Shown here: positions 45,724-58,173 of the stretch, one piece after another
Position numbering within the stretch: position 1 is the first letter of the stretch
Layout: every line of letters begins with the position of its first letter
Origin: Macrostomum lignano
Lineage: Eukaryota
Direction of reading: 5' to 3'
Assembly: GCA_002269645.1 (NCBI GenBank)
Contig: NIVC01002350.1
Span: 1 to 64,000 of the forward strand
DNA: 64,000 bases
Program-made: the position numbers and the translations under genes
The notes under the pieces: generated by a model
Told to the model about the DNA's origin: nothing
Databases searched by the model: none
What the model saw: the letters and a program-made list of their open reading frames with translations, nothing else

Positions 45724-46871
45724 GCATGGGCTTGAATCAATCCATTGGAAACTGCGTATATAAGATGTACTGAAGCTGGAATTCATGCGCGAGTAGCCAG
45801 CCCCAATGAGTCCCCCCCTCATGTTCACACGGCCGCATAAAGTCTCATTAAGTTTCTCTCTGCTGACAGCTCCCGCGGGTGGATGGAGAGCGAACAAAGA
45901 GCTTCTATGCAATCCATGGGACCCAGCTGGACAAAGACTCAGCTTATAGAGTAGCGCTGATAGTGAGTGATATCAATAAAAACATGCAAAGAATTATGGA
46001 AGAACTGATCAGTTTTTATGGGCAAAAAATTGAATATTGCTCCCTCAAGTGCAACAGATGCTCGCGGTGACCTCGCGACAATTTATTGACCAACTTATGT
46101 TAGAAAGCCCGCGCAGGTCCGCTTGAAGCTCTATGCATAGCTGTCTCTAAATGTATTTCTACATAAATTAATCTTTTTTCGTTTTGCTTTTTTGTTTTGC
46201 TTTTTTCACCGGAGACTTCATAAGCAGCCCCAGGCTCCATTGTAACTGCAATCCAGGAGGAGCCACTGAAGCACCTGCAGAGTTCTGCTGCACCTTTGCG
46301 TGAATTATTTCCGCCACTGACATATTTCCTTTTGCTTTCAATACTTTTTGTTTGTTTCTTTGTGAGTGTCTTCTTTTGCGCTGCATATTTTGCTAATTCT
46401 GTGCACCTTTGATATTACGAAGGACAAGAAGACTCTTCATCACCCCCAAAACATTGTTGAATAATTATGAATTCTGCTGTTCAGAATCCTCTATTCTAAG
46501 TTTTGTTTTTGTGAAACTGTCTTGTTCATTCACTCAAAAAGTTATCGTATAATATATTCATATATTATTATTATTACTAATACCGCGAATAATATATAAA
46601 AGTTCGACTGCAATTGCACAAAGTACTCACACACACTTGAATACAAATATAAATAGACTAAAACATGTGACTGCGTTGATTAAAAAATAATATAAAAATT
46701 ACAAAATCTAAAAAAAACAACTGACTTTATCTTTTGTATTCTTTTTGCCTAAGATCTTCTTAGTGCAGAGTTCACCAGACAATATGGGTATGCATGAGGT
46801 TGGATGGGTTGCGGGCTGCCGTTTTCAATTTTCATTTGCGATGTGCAATCTGATTGTATATTTTACCTAGT

Positions 46872-48490
46872 ACTGGCTAACTCATTAGTTCAGGTCTTGG
46901 CTAACTCATTAGCTAAGGTCTTGGCTAACTCATTAGCTAAGGTCTTGGCTAACTCATTAGCTCAGGTATTGGCTAACTCATTAGCTCAGGTCTTGGCTAA
47001 CTCATTAGCTCAGGTATTGGCTAACTCATTAGTTCAGGTCTTGGCTAACTCATTAGCTAAGGTCTTGGCTAACTTATTAGCTCAGGTCTTGGCTAACTTA
47101 TTAGCTCAAGGTCTTGGCTAACTCATTAGCTCAAGGTCTTGGCTAACTCATTAGCTCAGGTGTGTCTTGGCTAACTCATTAGCTCAGGTGTGTCTTGGCT
47201 AACTCATTAGCTCAGGTGTGTCTTGGCTAACTCATTAGCTCAGGTCTTGGCTAACTCATTAGCTAAGGTCTTGGCTAACTCATTAGCTAAGATCTTGGCT
47301 AACTCATTAGCTCAGGTATTGGCTAACTCATTAGCTCAGGTCTTGGCTAACTCATTAGCTAAGGTCTTGGCTAACTCATTAGCTCAGGTATTGGCTAACT
47401 CATTAGCTCAGGTCTTGGCTAACTCATTAGCTCAGGTCTTGGCTAACTCATTAGCTCAGGTCTTGGCTAACTCATTAGCTCAGGTATTGGCTAACTCATT
47501 AGTTCAGGTCTTGGCTAACTCATTAGCTAAGGTCTTGGCTAACTTATTAGCTCAGGTCTTGGCTAACTTATTAGCTCAAGGTCTTGGCTAACTCATTAGC
47601 TCAAGGTCTTGGCTAACTCATTAGCTCAGGTCTTGGCTAACTCATTAGCTCAGGTGTGTCTTGGCTAACTCATTAGCTCAGGTGTGTCTTGGCTAACTCA
47701 TTAGCTCAGGTCTTGGCTAACTCATTAGCTCAGGTCTTGGCTAACTCATTAGCTCAGGTCTTGGCAAACTCATTAGCTCAGGTATTGGCTAACTCATTAG
47801 TTCAGGTCTTGGCTAACTCATTAGCTAAGGTCTTGGCTAACTTATTAGCTCAGGTCTTGGCTAACTCATTAGCTCAGGTCTTGGCTAACTCATTAGCTCA
47901 AGGTCTTGGCTAACTCATTAGCTCAGGTCTTGGCTAACTCATTAGCTCAGGTCTTGGCTAACTCATTAGCTCAGGTGTGTCTTGGCTAACTCATTAGCTC
48001 AGGTCTTGGCTAACTCATTAGCTCAGGTCTTGGCTAACTCATTAGCTCAGGTATTGGCTAACTCATTAGCTCAGGTATTGGCTAACTCATTAGCTAAAGT
48101 CTTGGCTAACTCATTAGCTCAGGTCTTGGCTAACTTATTAGCTAAAGTCTTGGCTAACTCATTAGCTAAGGTCTTGGCTAACTCATTAGCTCAGGTCTTG
48201 GCTAACTCATAAGCTAAGGTCTTGGCTAACTCATTAGTTAAGGTCTTGGCTAACTCATTAGCTCAGGTCTTGGCTAACTCATTAGCTCAAGGTCTTGGCT
48301 AACTTATTAGCTCAGGTTTTGGCTAACTTATTAGCTCAGGTATTGGCTAACTCATTATTAGCCAAGGTCTTGGCTAACTCATTAGCTAAAGTCTTGGCTA
48401 ACTCATTAGCTAAGTTCTTGGCTAACTCATTAGTTCAGGTCTTGGCTAACTCATTAGCTCAAGGTCTTAGCTAACTTATTAGCTTAAGTC
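46872..48490. repeat. 24-bp minisatellite (GGTCTTGGCTAACTCATTAGCTCA)n with an internal palindrome
   Basis: ~1.6-kb array. Confidence 0.97.
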
Positions 48491-50084
48491 TTGGATATAC
48501 ATTAGCATAAGTTTTACAACGTCTGCAACTTAACTACTTAAATTTGCTTCGAACTCAGCCAACCCCTTCGAATGGATCAATTTAAATCCTACCAAATCCC
48601 GAAAGTCATTCGCGGCGAGGAACATAAAAAATTGAAGTCAAAATCGAAGGCAGCGCATCTGGGCCACAAAAGCACAAATTCACTCTGCCAGTTTGGGAGA
48701 TTCCCCAGTTTCAATAACTCGATAAAAAGCTCGGAAAACTTCGAGTCCCCAGATTCGGCAGAACGGTACACCCGAAGCTCATTGCTGCTGGCCCGGTTAA
48801 ATTCCCTGAATTATGCATGCGGCCTTGTAATCCGAGCAGATTAGCGGCCACTTATCCGGGTGCAGGCTAATGGCCTCATCCGCGACCCCACGGGATCGCC
48901 TCATACCGCTCGCGGCTTGGACACCAACCGCTGAGAAGTCGTTTTGGGGGATCTGGGAGGTGATGCGGCAGAGAGGAGAGAGAGAGAGGCTGGAAACCAG
49001 TGAACTGCGCGCCGCGGATTAAACAGGATGAAGCAAAACTCTTTCCAGACTCTCTATGCCAGTGCCCGCCTGACTGCGAGTGCAGAGAAAAGTTGCCAGA
49101 CTTGATGAAGCTCCCCCCCCCCGGATCCAGCTTAAAAACAACGGTAGATTATACTGTCCGAAAGTGAGGCTCCTGAGCTGAGGTCTTATAGCTCGTAATA
49201 ACCATATCGAAAATTCAATTCGACCGCTCCGCCCCAAGTCTTGAAAAGTTTCCAGTGAATTTCTAGTAATAATCAGATTGGTGAAAACTGTGGGATCATG
49301 AGCGAGTGAATGACAAGAAGAGAGTATAGTGGGGACGTTTAGCACCTGGGGAAGTCTCACGCGGAGTCCTTGTCAAGGTTTTCCCATTAATAAAGTTGAA
49401 GAGAGGGACGGAGCGAGAGTGAAGTTATACATATACACACGGATGAAGTTATACATATACACACGCATGAAAGAGGAAAATTTACAATTTTGATGAAATT
49501 TGATGAAATAAGCTCAGCGAATGAACCAAATGGAAAACTGGAGCGATCCGGGATGGAGAGTCTGCAGCATCAGTTTTTTAGTAGAGTTGCTCACAGTCTC
49601 TCAGCTCAGGGAATCTGTTTGAGCATTACCCATGGGCAGTTATTTCACTCCTCTAATGGCACTTCGCTTCCTGCAATGCTCAGAGGTAGATGGGGAATAT
49701 AGCTTAGGCCATTCCAACAGGTGTTGTCGGGCAGGATGCAGCAGTGACGGCTGGGAGTTCAAACTTGTTAACCACTATCTGATGCAAGGATTATAAAGTA
49801 TCCCGTTGATAGCTTTAGGCTATAGCGTTTGTGCAGACTCCCGGACACTGAGTGGTGATGGGGCTTTATGATTGTTAAACTTGCTGTTAACTCCCGGCTT
49901 TGGACTCGTGAAGTCCCACTACAATATGTATGAGTTTGTTTGTCTCTGAAATGCTGGGATAATTACAATATTTGCCGATCCCATCAGCTGCCTGCTGAGA
50001 TAATCTATTATAATCTATTAATCAGGCTACATCACACTGCTTCTCAGTTCGTGTCCTCTCATTATGAAACCAAGACTTAGTCTC

Positions 50085-50990
50085 CATCTCCATCTCCCTC
50101 TGATTCTCAGTCTCAGTCTCACTCAATCTCAGTCTCACTCAATCTCAGTCTCACTCAATCTCAGTCTCACTCAATCTCAGTCTCACTCAATCTCAGTCTC
50201 ACTCAATCTCAGTCTCACTCAATCTCAGTCTCACTCAATCTCAGTCTCACTCAATCTCAGTCTCACTCAATCTCAGTCTCACTCAATCTCAGTCTCACTC
50301 AATCTCAGTCTCACTTAATCTCAGTCTCACTCAATCTCAGTCTCACTCAATCTCAGTCTCACTCAATCTCAGTCTCACTCAATCTCAGTCTCACTCAATC
50401 TCAGTCTCACTCAATCTCAATATGAATCTCAATGTCAATCTCACTCAATCTCTCAGTCTCACTCAATCTCAGTCTCACTCAGTCTCAGTTTCACTCAATC
50501 TCAGTCTCACTCAATCTCAATATGAATCTCAATCTCAATCTCACTCAATCTCTCAGTCTCACTCAATCTCAGTCTCACTCAATCTCAGTCTCACTCAATC
50601 TCAGTCTCACTTAATCTCAGTCTCACTCAATCTCAGTCTCACTCAATCTCAGTCTCACTCAATCTCAGTCTCACTCAATCTCAGTCTCACTCAATCTCAA
50701 TCTCACTCAATCTCAGTCTCACTCAATCTCAATCTCACTCAATCTCTCAGTCTCACTCAATCTCAATCTCACTCAATCTCTCAGTCTCACTCAATCTCAA
50801 TCTCACTCAATCTCTCTGTCTCACTCAATCTCAGTCTCACTCAGTCTCAGTTTCACTCAATCTCAGTCTCTCTCAATCTCACTTAATCTCAATCTCTCTC
50901 AATCTCAGTCGCTCTCAATCTCAGTCTCACTCAATAACTCAGTCTCACTCAATCTCAGTCTCATCAGACCTGAGTCTCAGTCGCATTCAA
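50085..50990. repeat. 16-bp minisatellite (CTCAATCTCAGTCTCA)n
   Basis: Visible. Confidence 0.95.
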
Positions 50991-52794
50991 CCTCAGAAGT
51001 CTCAGAATCTCAGGAGTCTCAGAGAGACAGCTCACTGCTGCCGCCCAGTTTCAGTCAGCTTAGCGGCCCCTGAACAGGCAGCTCAGCAGCTGCCAGGCAA
51101 TGGCGGGAGGCGGTCAGGCAGGAAATCATCGCTTAGGCGACACCGCAGCTCAGATGGACCAGCGCGGCCGCTTAATCCGTTTAAAAAATCCGCCGACCGA
51201 ACCCTCGCGTCGGTGCTGAATTAAAGATGAATCCGAGCTGCGCATGCGGGAGAGGGGAGTCTGAGGGCTGGCAGGGAAATTCTTCCCAGTATATAGTTGT
51301 GATTCGCGCCCAACTCCGCGCGGGGGGGGGGGTAGAAGCCGATATATACTCTCCAGGGGATTTTACAGGAGACTCTCTCTCTCTCTGAAAAATAGCAGAT
51401 TAAGGATTTGGGATTATTTCATAATTATTTCATCCTTGTTCCCAACCGACAACCCCATCTCCTACAGTTCGCAACGCAGTCAAACAGCACGGGGAACCTG
51501 AGACAACGGGCCGCAGTCTCCTCATCTCTCGCTCCCCAGTCTCTTGTGATAAATGGCACAGTGGGCAATCATCAGTGGACAGGCTTGTAGAACAGTCGGG
51601 AAAGCGGGAAAAGAGGGCAGATGTGGGGGGGGGGCCTTCTCGTTTGCTGTTGCTTGCTTCTGCTGCTCCTAGAAGAGGGAGAGAGAAAGGGGCAAACCAA
51701 GCGCTCGCGCGCGCGCGCTTTATCAGGGCGAGGCAATTTCTGCAAAAGACTCCGAGAGCACAGAGATTATATCAGCTAATGAATTTCCCTCGAGAGAGAG
51801 ACAGAGACAGAGGCAGAGAGGGGTGTTTTGGAGCGAGGCTGGCGGAAGGCTTGAGGTGACTCCAGTCCCTTGGGCCTTCTCCCTCACGTTGTCTCTGCCG
51901 CACTGGCCACTGGGCTAAATCTGCCGCGGACCAGCCCTGCCCGTGGACTCTCCGCTCACCATGCAGTCCCGTCCGCCTGTCTGCAGATAACTCGATTTCT
52001 CAGCCCCGGACTGGCCCTCAGCAACAGAATAAGAGGGGAAAAGGGAGATTTGTGCAAAAAAACTGAAATCCCCTCTCATTGAGGATGTGTTAGCCCGAGG
52101 GTTCACGCTAGCCCGCCTTTGTGGGGCTGATTATATTCGTTAATTTTTGGGTATTCGCTCAAATCGCAACCGGATAGATGAAAGGCGGCCCCAGCTATGA
52201 TTACGAGTTTATCCCTTTTTTCCCTATCGACCCTATAATCCCGACCAATAATTCAGCCCCATAGTAGAGGGAAATCCGTGCAGGCGGAGCGCAGTCTAAA
52301 AATAGAAACGAGGGATTCCCCCGGCAAATTAGCAAACGAAGCCGTCAGAGCTAACGTAGAAAGGATCTCATTGAAGTGAGGAAAAGCTGTTCAAGACTCG
52401 AGTGGGTCAAGAGAACTATTCCCAGTTCTCATCCCGCGGACGAAAATTCCCAAAGAAGGATTAAGCAATTCTGGGATTAAAATTTCTGCGGCTCGGGTTG
52501 GGGGTTGGAGAAACTTCGCTACACCAGGCGAATTACTTTGAATTTCATCTTCACCCTAGTTTGTTGGGATAAAAAATTAACGGTAGGGTTCAGCAGCAGG
52601 GTTTTAGAAAGCCGGGCAGATGGTCCTCCAACTGACGAGCTCGTCAATCAGAATGCGAGAGCTGAGCACACAGTGTCCACACTTCAGGGTGGACACTCAT
52701 CTGGCTCCCGTTGGACTCGCTGTCTTTCCGCATTGAGTTTCTCCTATCTGGGCGCCTTCCAAAGCATTTTTTGCCTCTCTAATTTCTGCTTGCA

Positions 52795-52935
52795 GCCCTC
52801 TGATTGCAATTCAGAGCCCTCTGATTGCAATTCAGAGCCCTCCGATTGCAGTTTAGCGCTTTCTAATTGCAGTTTAGAGTCCTCTGATTGCAGTTTAAAG
52901 CCCTCTGATTGCAGTTTAAAGCCCTCTGATTGCAG
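52795..52935. repeat. 21-bp repeat (CCCTCTGATTGCAATTCAGAG)n
   Basis: ~6-7 degenerate units. Confidence 0.8.
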
Positions 52936-53664
52936 ATAATTTCCCCGCTCTATGAGGTCGCATTTCTGAGGGTCGAAATGCCAAACCAGACGGCACCATC
53001 TCGCTCCAGCAGTTTGTGGCGCGGTGATTTACCTGGGAGGCGGGACCGCTGCCGCCCCCCCCCCCCCCCCTACCCTCCTAGGTGAGATGCTCTGCTTTTT
53101 TAAACACACTCAAGAAATTTCCTCACACAAGAGAATTAAACAATAGCTGAATAAAGGCTTCTTAACAGCTTGTTCTATACTAAAGATGGACATTCAACGA
53201 TGGTCGGCCTTTCTGGAGAGGCTGAACTTCGCCCGAAATAAATTAGTGAAGAGAAAATGCCGAAGAAACAAAGGAAAGAAGCAAGTGGAATAGAGGAGAG
53301 GACAATGCACAGAAAGAGGCAAAAAACCTGTACGAGTCGCTTAAAGTTCCTTCAGAGGATGAATTCTGGCCGCTGCCACTGGAGCCGCGAGGGTGTCAAG
53401 GTTTTTCTAACACCTCAAGCCACGGGGATGCTGCATTCTTTGTGAGGGCGTCCTCTTGGACACCCGCTGTCTTTTAGCGCTTCATCAATGCGCCCAGCTT
53501 CTTCTTTCTTTGGCCCGGAGTCTCGGCTTTCCTTTTTTTGGCCTCAGAGTTCTTTGGGTGGAGAACCCAGCGGGGGTTGAAATGAAAGGCGGCAGGGGTG
53601 TGGGAATTGGGATTGAATTCAAGATTGGCAATGCTGCTGGGATCTTGTCGGGATCTCGACATGC

Positions 53665-54030
53665 AGGTAGATTAGCAATCCCATTTATTACTTTATCCAT
53701 ACTTTATTCCTTTATGATGTTATATAGATTAGCAATCCATTATATTCCTTCCATATTGGATAGACTAGCAATCCATTCATTATATCCCTTCCATATTGGA
53801 TAGACTAGCAATCCATTATATTCCTTCCATATTGGATAGACTAGCAATCCATTGTATTCCTTCCATATTGGATAGACTAGCAATCCATTGTATTCCTTCC
53901 ATATTGGCTAGATTAGCAATCCATTCTATCCCTTCCATATTGGATAGACTAGCAATCCATTGTATTCCTTCCATATTGGATAGACTAGCAATCCATTCTA
54001 TTCCTTCCATATTGGCTAGATTAGCAATCC
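53665..54030. repeat. 36-bp minisatellite (TAGCAATCCATTGTATTCCTTCCATATTGGATAGAC)n
   Basis: Visible. Confidence 0.9.
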
Positions 54031-54739
54031 AGTTTTCAGCACTCAGCATTAGCCAAGAACCAGCATCTCAGCTGCTGTTAGCTACCATTTATTCAAAAAA
54101 GACAATTTAAACACACCCGAGTCGAAAAAAGAGCTACAGAAACACTCGAGTTGTGTCCATCGCAACACAGTCAGCTTCTGGCTGTCCTGTCAGTCAGAAT
54201 CCACTTGTTAAGCAATAGAAAAACTTGTCAGCAAGTCCTGTTGTGTCAGTTCCACTGGGTAGACTTAGAAAAAACGAACAGCAACAGGGATATTGCGAAC
54301 TGGACAGAGATTGGCGTGACACCTTTGACAGTTTACTACACAGGTGAAACACCCAGCGAAACGCCTGTAAAGTTGATATAACGTTTGCTTGCTTCAAGCA
54401 AGTGGATTGGTTGCCTTCAATTTGTTTGTTAAGAGCAAACGTCTGTCAAGCAATGCTAACTTCACGCCCCGCTCCTTGTGTTAACCAGGGTTTTTTCTAT
54501 TGCACAAACACAATTCACTTAATAGGCAAAGGTGAGAGTGAGAGTGGAAAGAAGCGCACAGGAGGCTGGTTTAAGAAGCTACATCAGCCAAACGCTGAAG
54601 CCATGGATACCAAGCTGAGCTGAAGCTCGATATTAATTTTAGGATACGACCAATAGGCAGTGCAGGTGTAATTGCGGCCGGAGTTTATTTAATGTGACGC
54701 TTCGCCCCGTTAAAAAAAGTTTCCTATTTTAATGACTAT

Positions 54740-55520
54740 TATTTTGGCGCCTCAAAGTCTCATTTTAGCGCCGCAACAACTCATTTTGGCGCCTCAAACA
54801 ACTCACTCATTTTGGCACCTAAAACAAGTCATTTTGGCGCCTCACACAACTCACTCATTTTGGCGCCTCAAACAACTCACTCATTTTGGCGTCTCAAACA
54901 ACTCACTCATTTTGGCGCCTAAAACAAGTCATTTTGGCGCCTCAAACAACTCACTCATTTTGGCACCTCAAACAACTCACTCATTTTAGCGCCTCACACA
55001 ACTCACACATTTTGGCGCCTCAAACAAATCACTCATTTTGGCGCCTCAAACAACTCACTTATTTTGGCACCTCACACAACTCACTTATTTTGGCGCCTCA
55101 AACAACTCACTCATTTTGGCACCTCAAACAACTCACTCATTTTAGCGCCTCACACAACTCACACATTTTGGCGCCTCAAACAAATCACTCATTTTGGCGC
55201 CTCAAACAACTCACTTATTTTGGCACCTCACACAACTCACTTATTTTGGCGCCTCAAACAACTCACTCATTTTGGCACCTCAAACAACTCACTCATTTTA
55301 GCGCCTCACACAACTCACAAATTTTGGTGCCTCAAACAAATCACTCATTTTGGCGCCTCAAACAACTCACTTATTTTGGCACCTCACACAACTCACTTAT
55401 TTTGGCGCCTCAAACAACTCACTCATTTTGGCACCTAAAACAAGTCATTTTGGCGCCTCAAACAACTCACTCATTTTGGCGTCTCAAACAACTCACTCAT
55501 TTTGGCGCCTCACACAACTT
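54740..55520. repeat. ~26-bp minisatellite (TTTTGGCGCCTCAAACAACTCACTCA)n
   Basis: Visible; related to the MITE internal repeat. Confidence 0.93.
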
Positions 55521-56239
55521 AGCCCCTCAGCCGATCACTAATTGACCTCATAATGCTTAGTTGCTCAAATACATAATTATTCCCATATCAGGACTCGAAG
55601 AACTCGTGAAGGAAGTTCTGGTCTCCCTTCCTCCCCAAAGTGGAAAAATTGAAAGTTTTTGCATCAACGCTACAAAAATGCACAACACACTGAGAGAAAC
55701 CGCCGCGGCTCCTTGCCCAAACCCCCGGGGCCGGTGAAGCTGATGAAGATTAGAGCGGGGCGGACAGTTTTGTAGGCTCATCTAAACTCTCAACTCGTGC
55801 AACAGTTTTCGAATTAGCAGGCAGAAATTGGGGCCGCCTCATTAATAATTCATGCAGCTCAACCCCCGGCCCGCAGGCGAATAAGGGAATTGATGATGTT
55901 AAACTGCTTTTCACTTCTTCTTCTTCTTCTTCTTCAATTTGCCGCTTCTCAATCCGCTACATTGCGGCAGCGCATTGGGATAAACACAAAAATAATTTAG
56001 CTCGTAGGAGCAGAAGTTTTTTCAGCTAAAATACTCCCTAATAAGCCGTCTTGAATTGGGCAGGCACGAATATTGCAATGCGGTTGCTGGGGAGACAACT
56101 GGGGTGTTATAGGAATGCAACCATAGGATTCGAATCTAGTGAGAAAGTCTTTGTGCATTTTTCTGCTCCTTGTGGCATTTATAGAGTGAAAACTAGTATT
56201 GAATGTAGTAGCTTATGGCAGATAGTAGAGTGCTTATGA

Positions 56240-56925
56240 AGGAAGCAGAGTGGGTAGAAGTAGAGTGGGTAGAATAAGTGTGGGTAAGAAGCAGAGTGGG
56301 TAGAAGTAGAGTGGGTAGAAGTAGAGTGGATAGAAGTTGATTGGGTAGAAGTAGAGTGGGTAGAAGTTGATTGGTTAGAAGCAGAGCGGGTAGAAGCGGA
56401 GCGGGTAGAAGCAGAGCGGGTAGAAGCAGAGTGGGTAGGAGTTGATTGGGTAGAAGTAGAGTGGGTAGAAGTTGATTGGGTAGAAGTAGAGTGGGTAGAA
56501 GTAGAGTGGATAGAAGTTGATTGGGTAGAAGTAGAGTGGGTAGAAGTAGAGTGGGTAGAAGCAGAGTGGGTGGAAGCAGAGTGGGTAGAAGTAGAGCGTG
56601 TAGAAGTAGAGTGGGTAGAAGTTGATTGGGTAGAAGTAGAGTGGGTAGAAGTAGAGTGGGTAGAAGTAGAGTGGGTAGAAGCAGAGTGGGTGGAAGCAGA
56701 GTGGGTAGAAGTAGAGCGTGTAGAAGTAGAGTGGGTAGAAGTTGATTGGGTAGAAGTAGAGTGGGTAGAAGTAGAGTGGGTAGAAGCAGAGTGGGTAGAA
56801 GCAGAGTGGGTAGAAGTAGAGCGTGTAGAAGTAGATTGGGTAGAAGTTGATTGGGTAGAAGTAGAGTGGGTAGAACTAGAGTGAGAAGTAGAGCGGGTAG
56901 AACCAGAGCGGGTAGAAGCAGAGTC
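56240..56925. repeat. 15-bp minisatellite (GTAGAAGTAGAGTGG)n
   Basis: Visible. Confidence 0.95.
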
Positions 56926-57827
56926 GAATAGAGCAGTGTCGAGCCTGAAAACTCGGAATGCTGTATGAAAGCCACAATGGTGGGGGAAATGCAGAAGACA
57001 AGGCAAGGAGGCGGAGATGAGCAGCAGCAGCAAGCGGGTCTTAATTCCCCAAAATGGACAGCTGTATTGGACCCGTTGGATTTGAGAATCTGTTAGAAGC
57101 CCAGCAGCGAGGCCAGCGCAGTCTCCAGTTCATGGGGGAGGGGACCAGTCAAGTCAATCTGCTTGTGCTGCTGCTGCTGCTGCTACATGTGCAACAGAAA
57201 CCCAACAAGCTCATAAATAAAACAGCTGTCCCTGTAGTCAGAGATCCCCCCAGTCTTTCTTTCTCAGATGGGGGGTTGACTGCAGACTAAGCTTATAGCA
57301 TTCTCTTATTGTCAGATCTGCAAACTCTCTCCCCACCCTTCCCTCAGAATGCGCAGAAGAGAGTTGCCTGCCTGTCTTTAGTTTTGAAGCTATAATGGTA
57401 ATGGCTAGTTAAAGCAATGAGTGGAATGGCCCAGCGCTCGCAAGTGATAGCCCTCTTGGAGCTGGGGAGCTGCTGCTGCTGCTGGTGGTAGCGGTGGGCA
57501 GCAGGCAGCTAGCTAAGTGATTTCCCAGCTCACCAGCTCATGCTGTGTGTTTGAAGCCACTCACAAAACCGGCTCCTCCACCGCCTCAAGCTGCAATCTA
57601 AAATCTAGGAAACTTTCAGCTGCCCTCCCTGCCTCGCATGGGTCTGCGGGGGGGGGGCAGTGTGAGGGGGTCGCTGGAGCCCCTCATTTTACCGCTGAGG
57701 TTTTCTCCCCACCCCCCAAACTGGTTGAGTGAGTGAGTGGGAGTTCTCAATTGTTTTTCCTCTGCTGGACAGTGTGGGCGTTGTGTTTCTATGTCAGAAA
57801 TGGGACAATTTTTCTGCAAGCATGAGA

Positions 57828-58173
57828 AGGCGCCAGAGTTAGGGAGGCGCCAGAGTTAGGGAGGCGCCAGAGTTAGGGAGGCGCCAGAGTTAGGGAGGCG
57901 CCAGAGTTAGGGAGGCGCCAGAGTTAGGGAGGCGCCAGAGTTAGAGAGGCGCCAGAGTTAGGGAGGCGCCAGAGTTAGGGAGGCGCCAGAGTTAGGGAGG
58001 CGCCAGAGTTAGGGAGGCGCCAGAGTTAGGGAGGCGCCAGAGTTAGGGAGGCACGAGAATCAATGAGGCGCCTGAATTAGGAAGGCGCCTGAATTAGGAA
58101 GGCGCCTGAATTAGGAAGGCGCCTGAATTAGGAAGGCGCCTGAATTAGGAAGGCGCCTGAATTAGGGAGGCGC
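57828..58173. repeat. 17-bp (GGCGCCAGAGTTAGGGA)n followed by 18-bp (GGCGCCTGAATTAGGAA-like)n
   Basis: Visible. Confidence 0.93.

Noticed and set aside
46804-48212. (VLANSLAQ)n ORFs; similar repeat ORFs at 14104-14794, 23332-24364, 25052-25503, 35100-35571, 37160-37710, 50064-50886, 54732-55545, 62621-63137
   Set aside because: All coincide with tandem arrays and have no unique coding context
56179-57033. Mucin-like (STSTH)n ORF with a hydrophobic N-terminus
   Set aside because: The 15-bp unit leaves several frames open at once; no ATG start and no splice support
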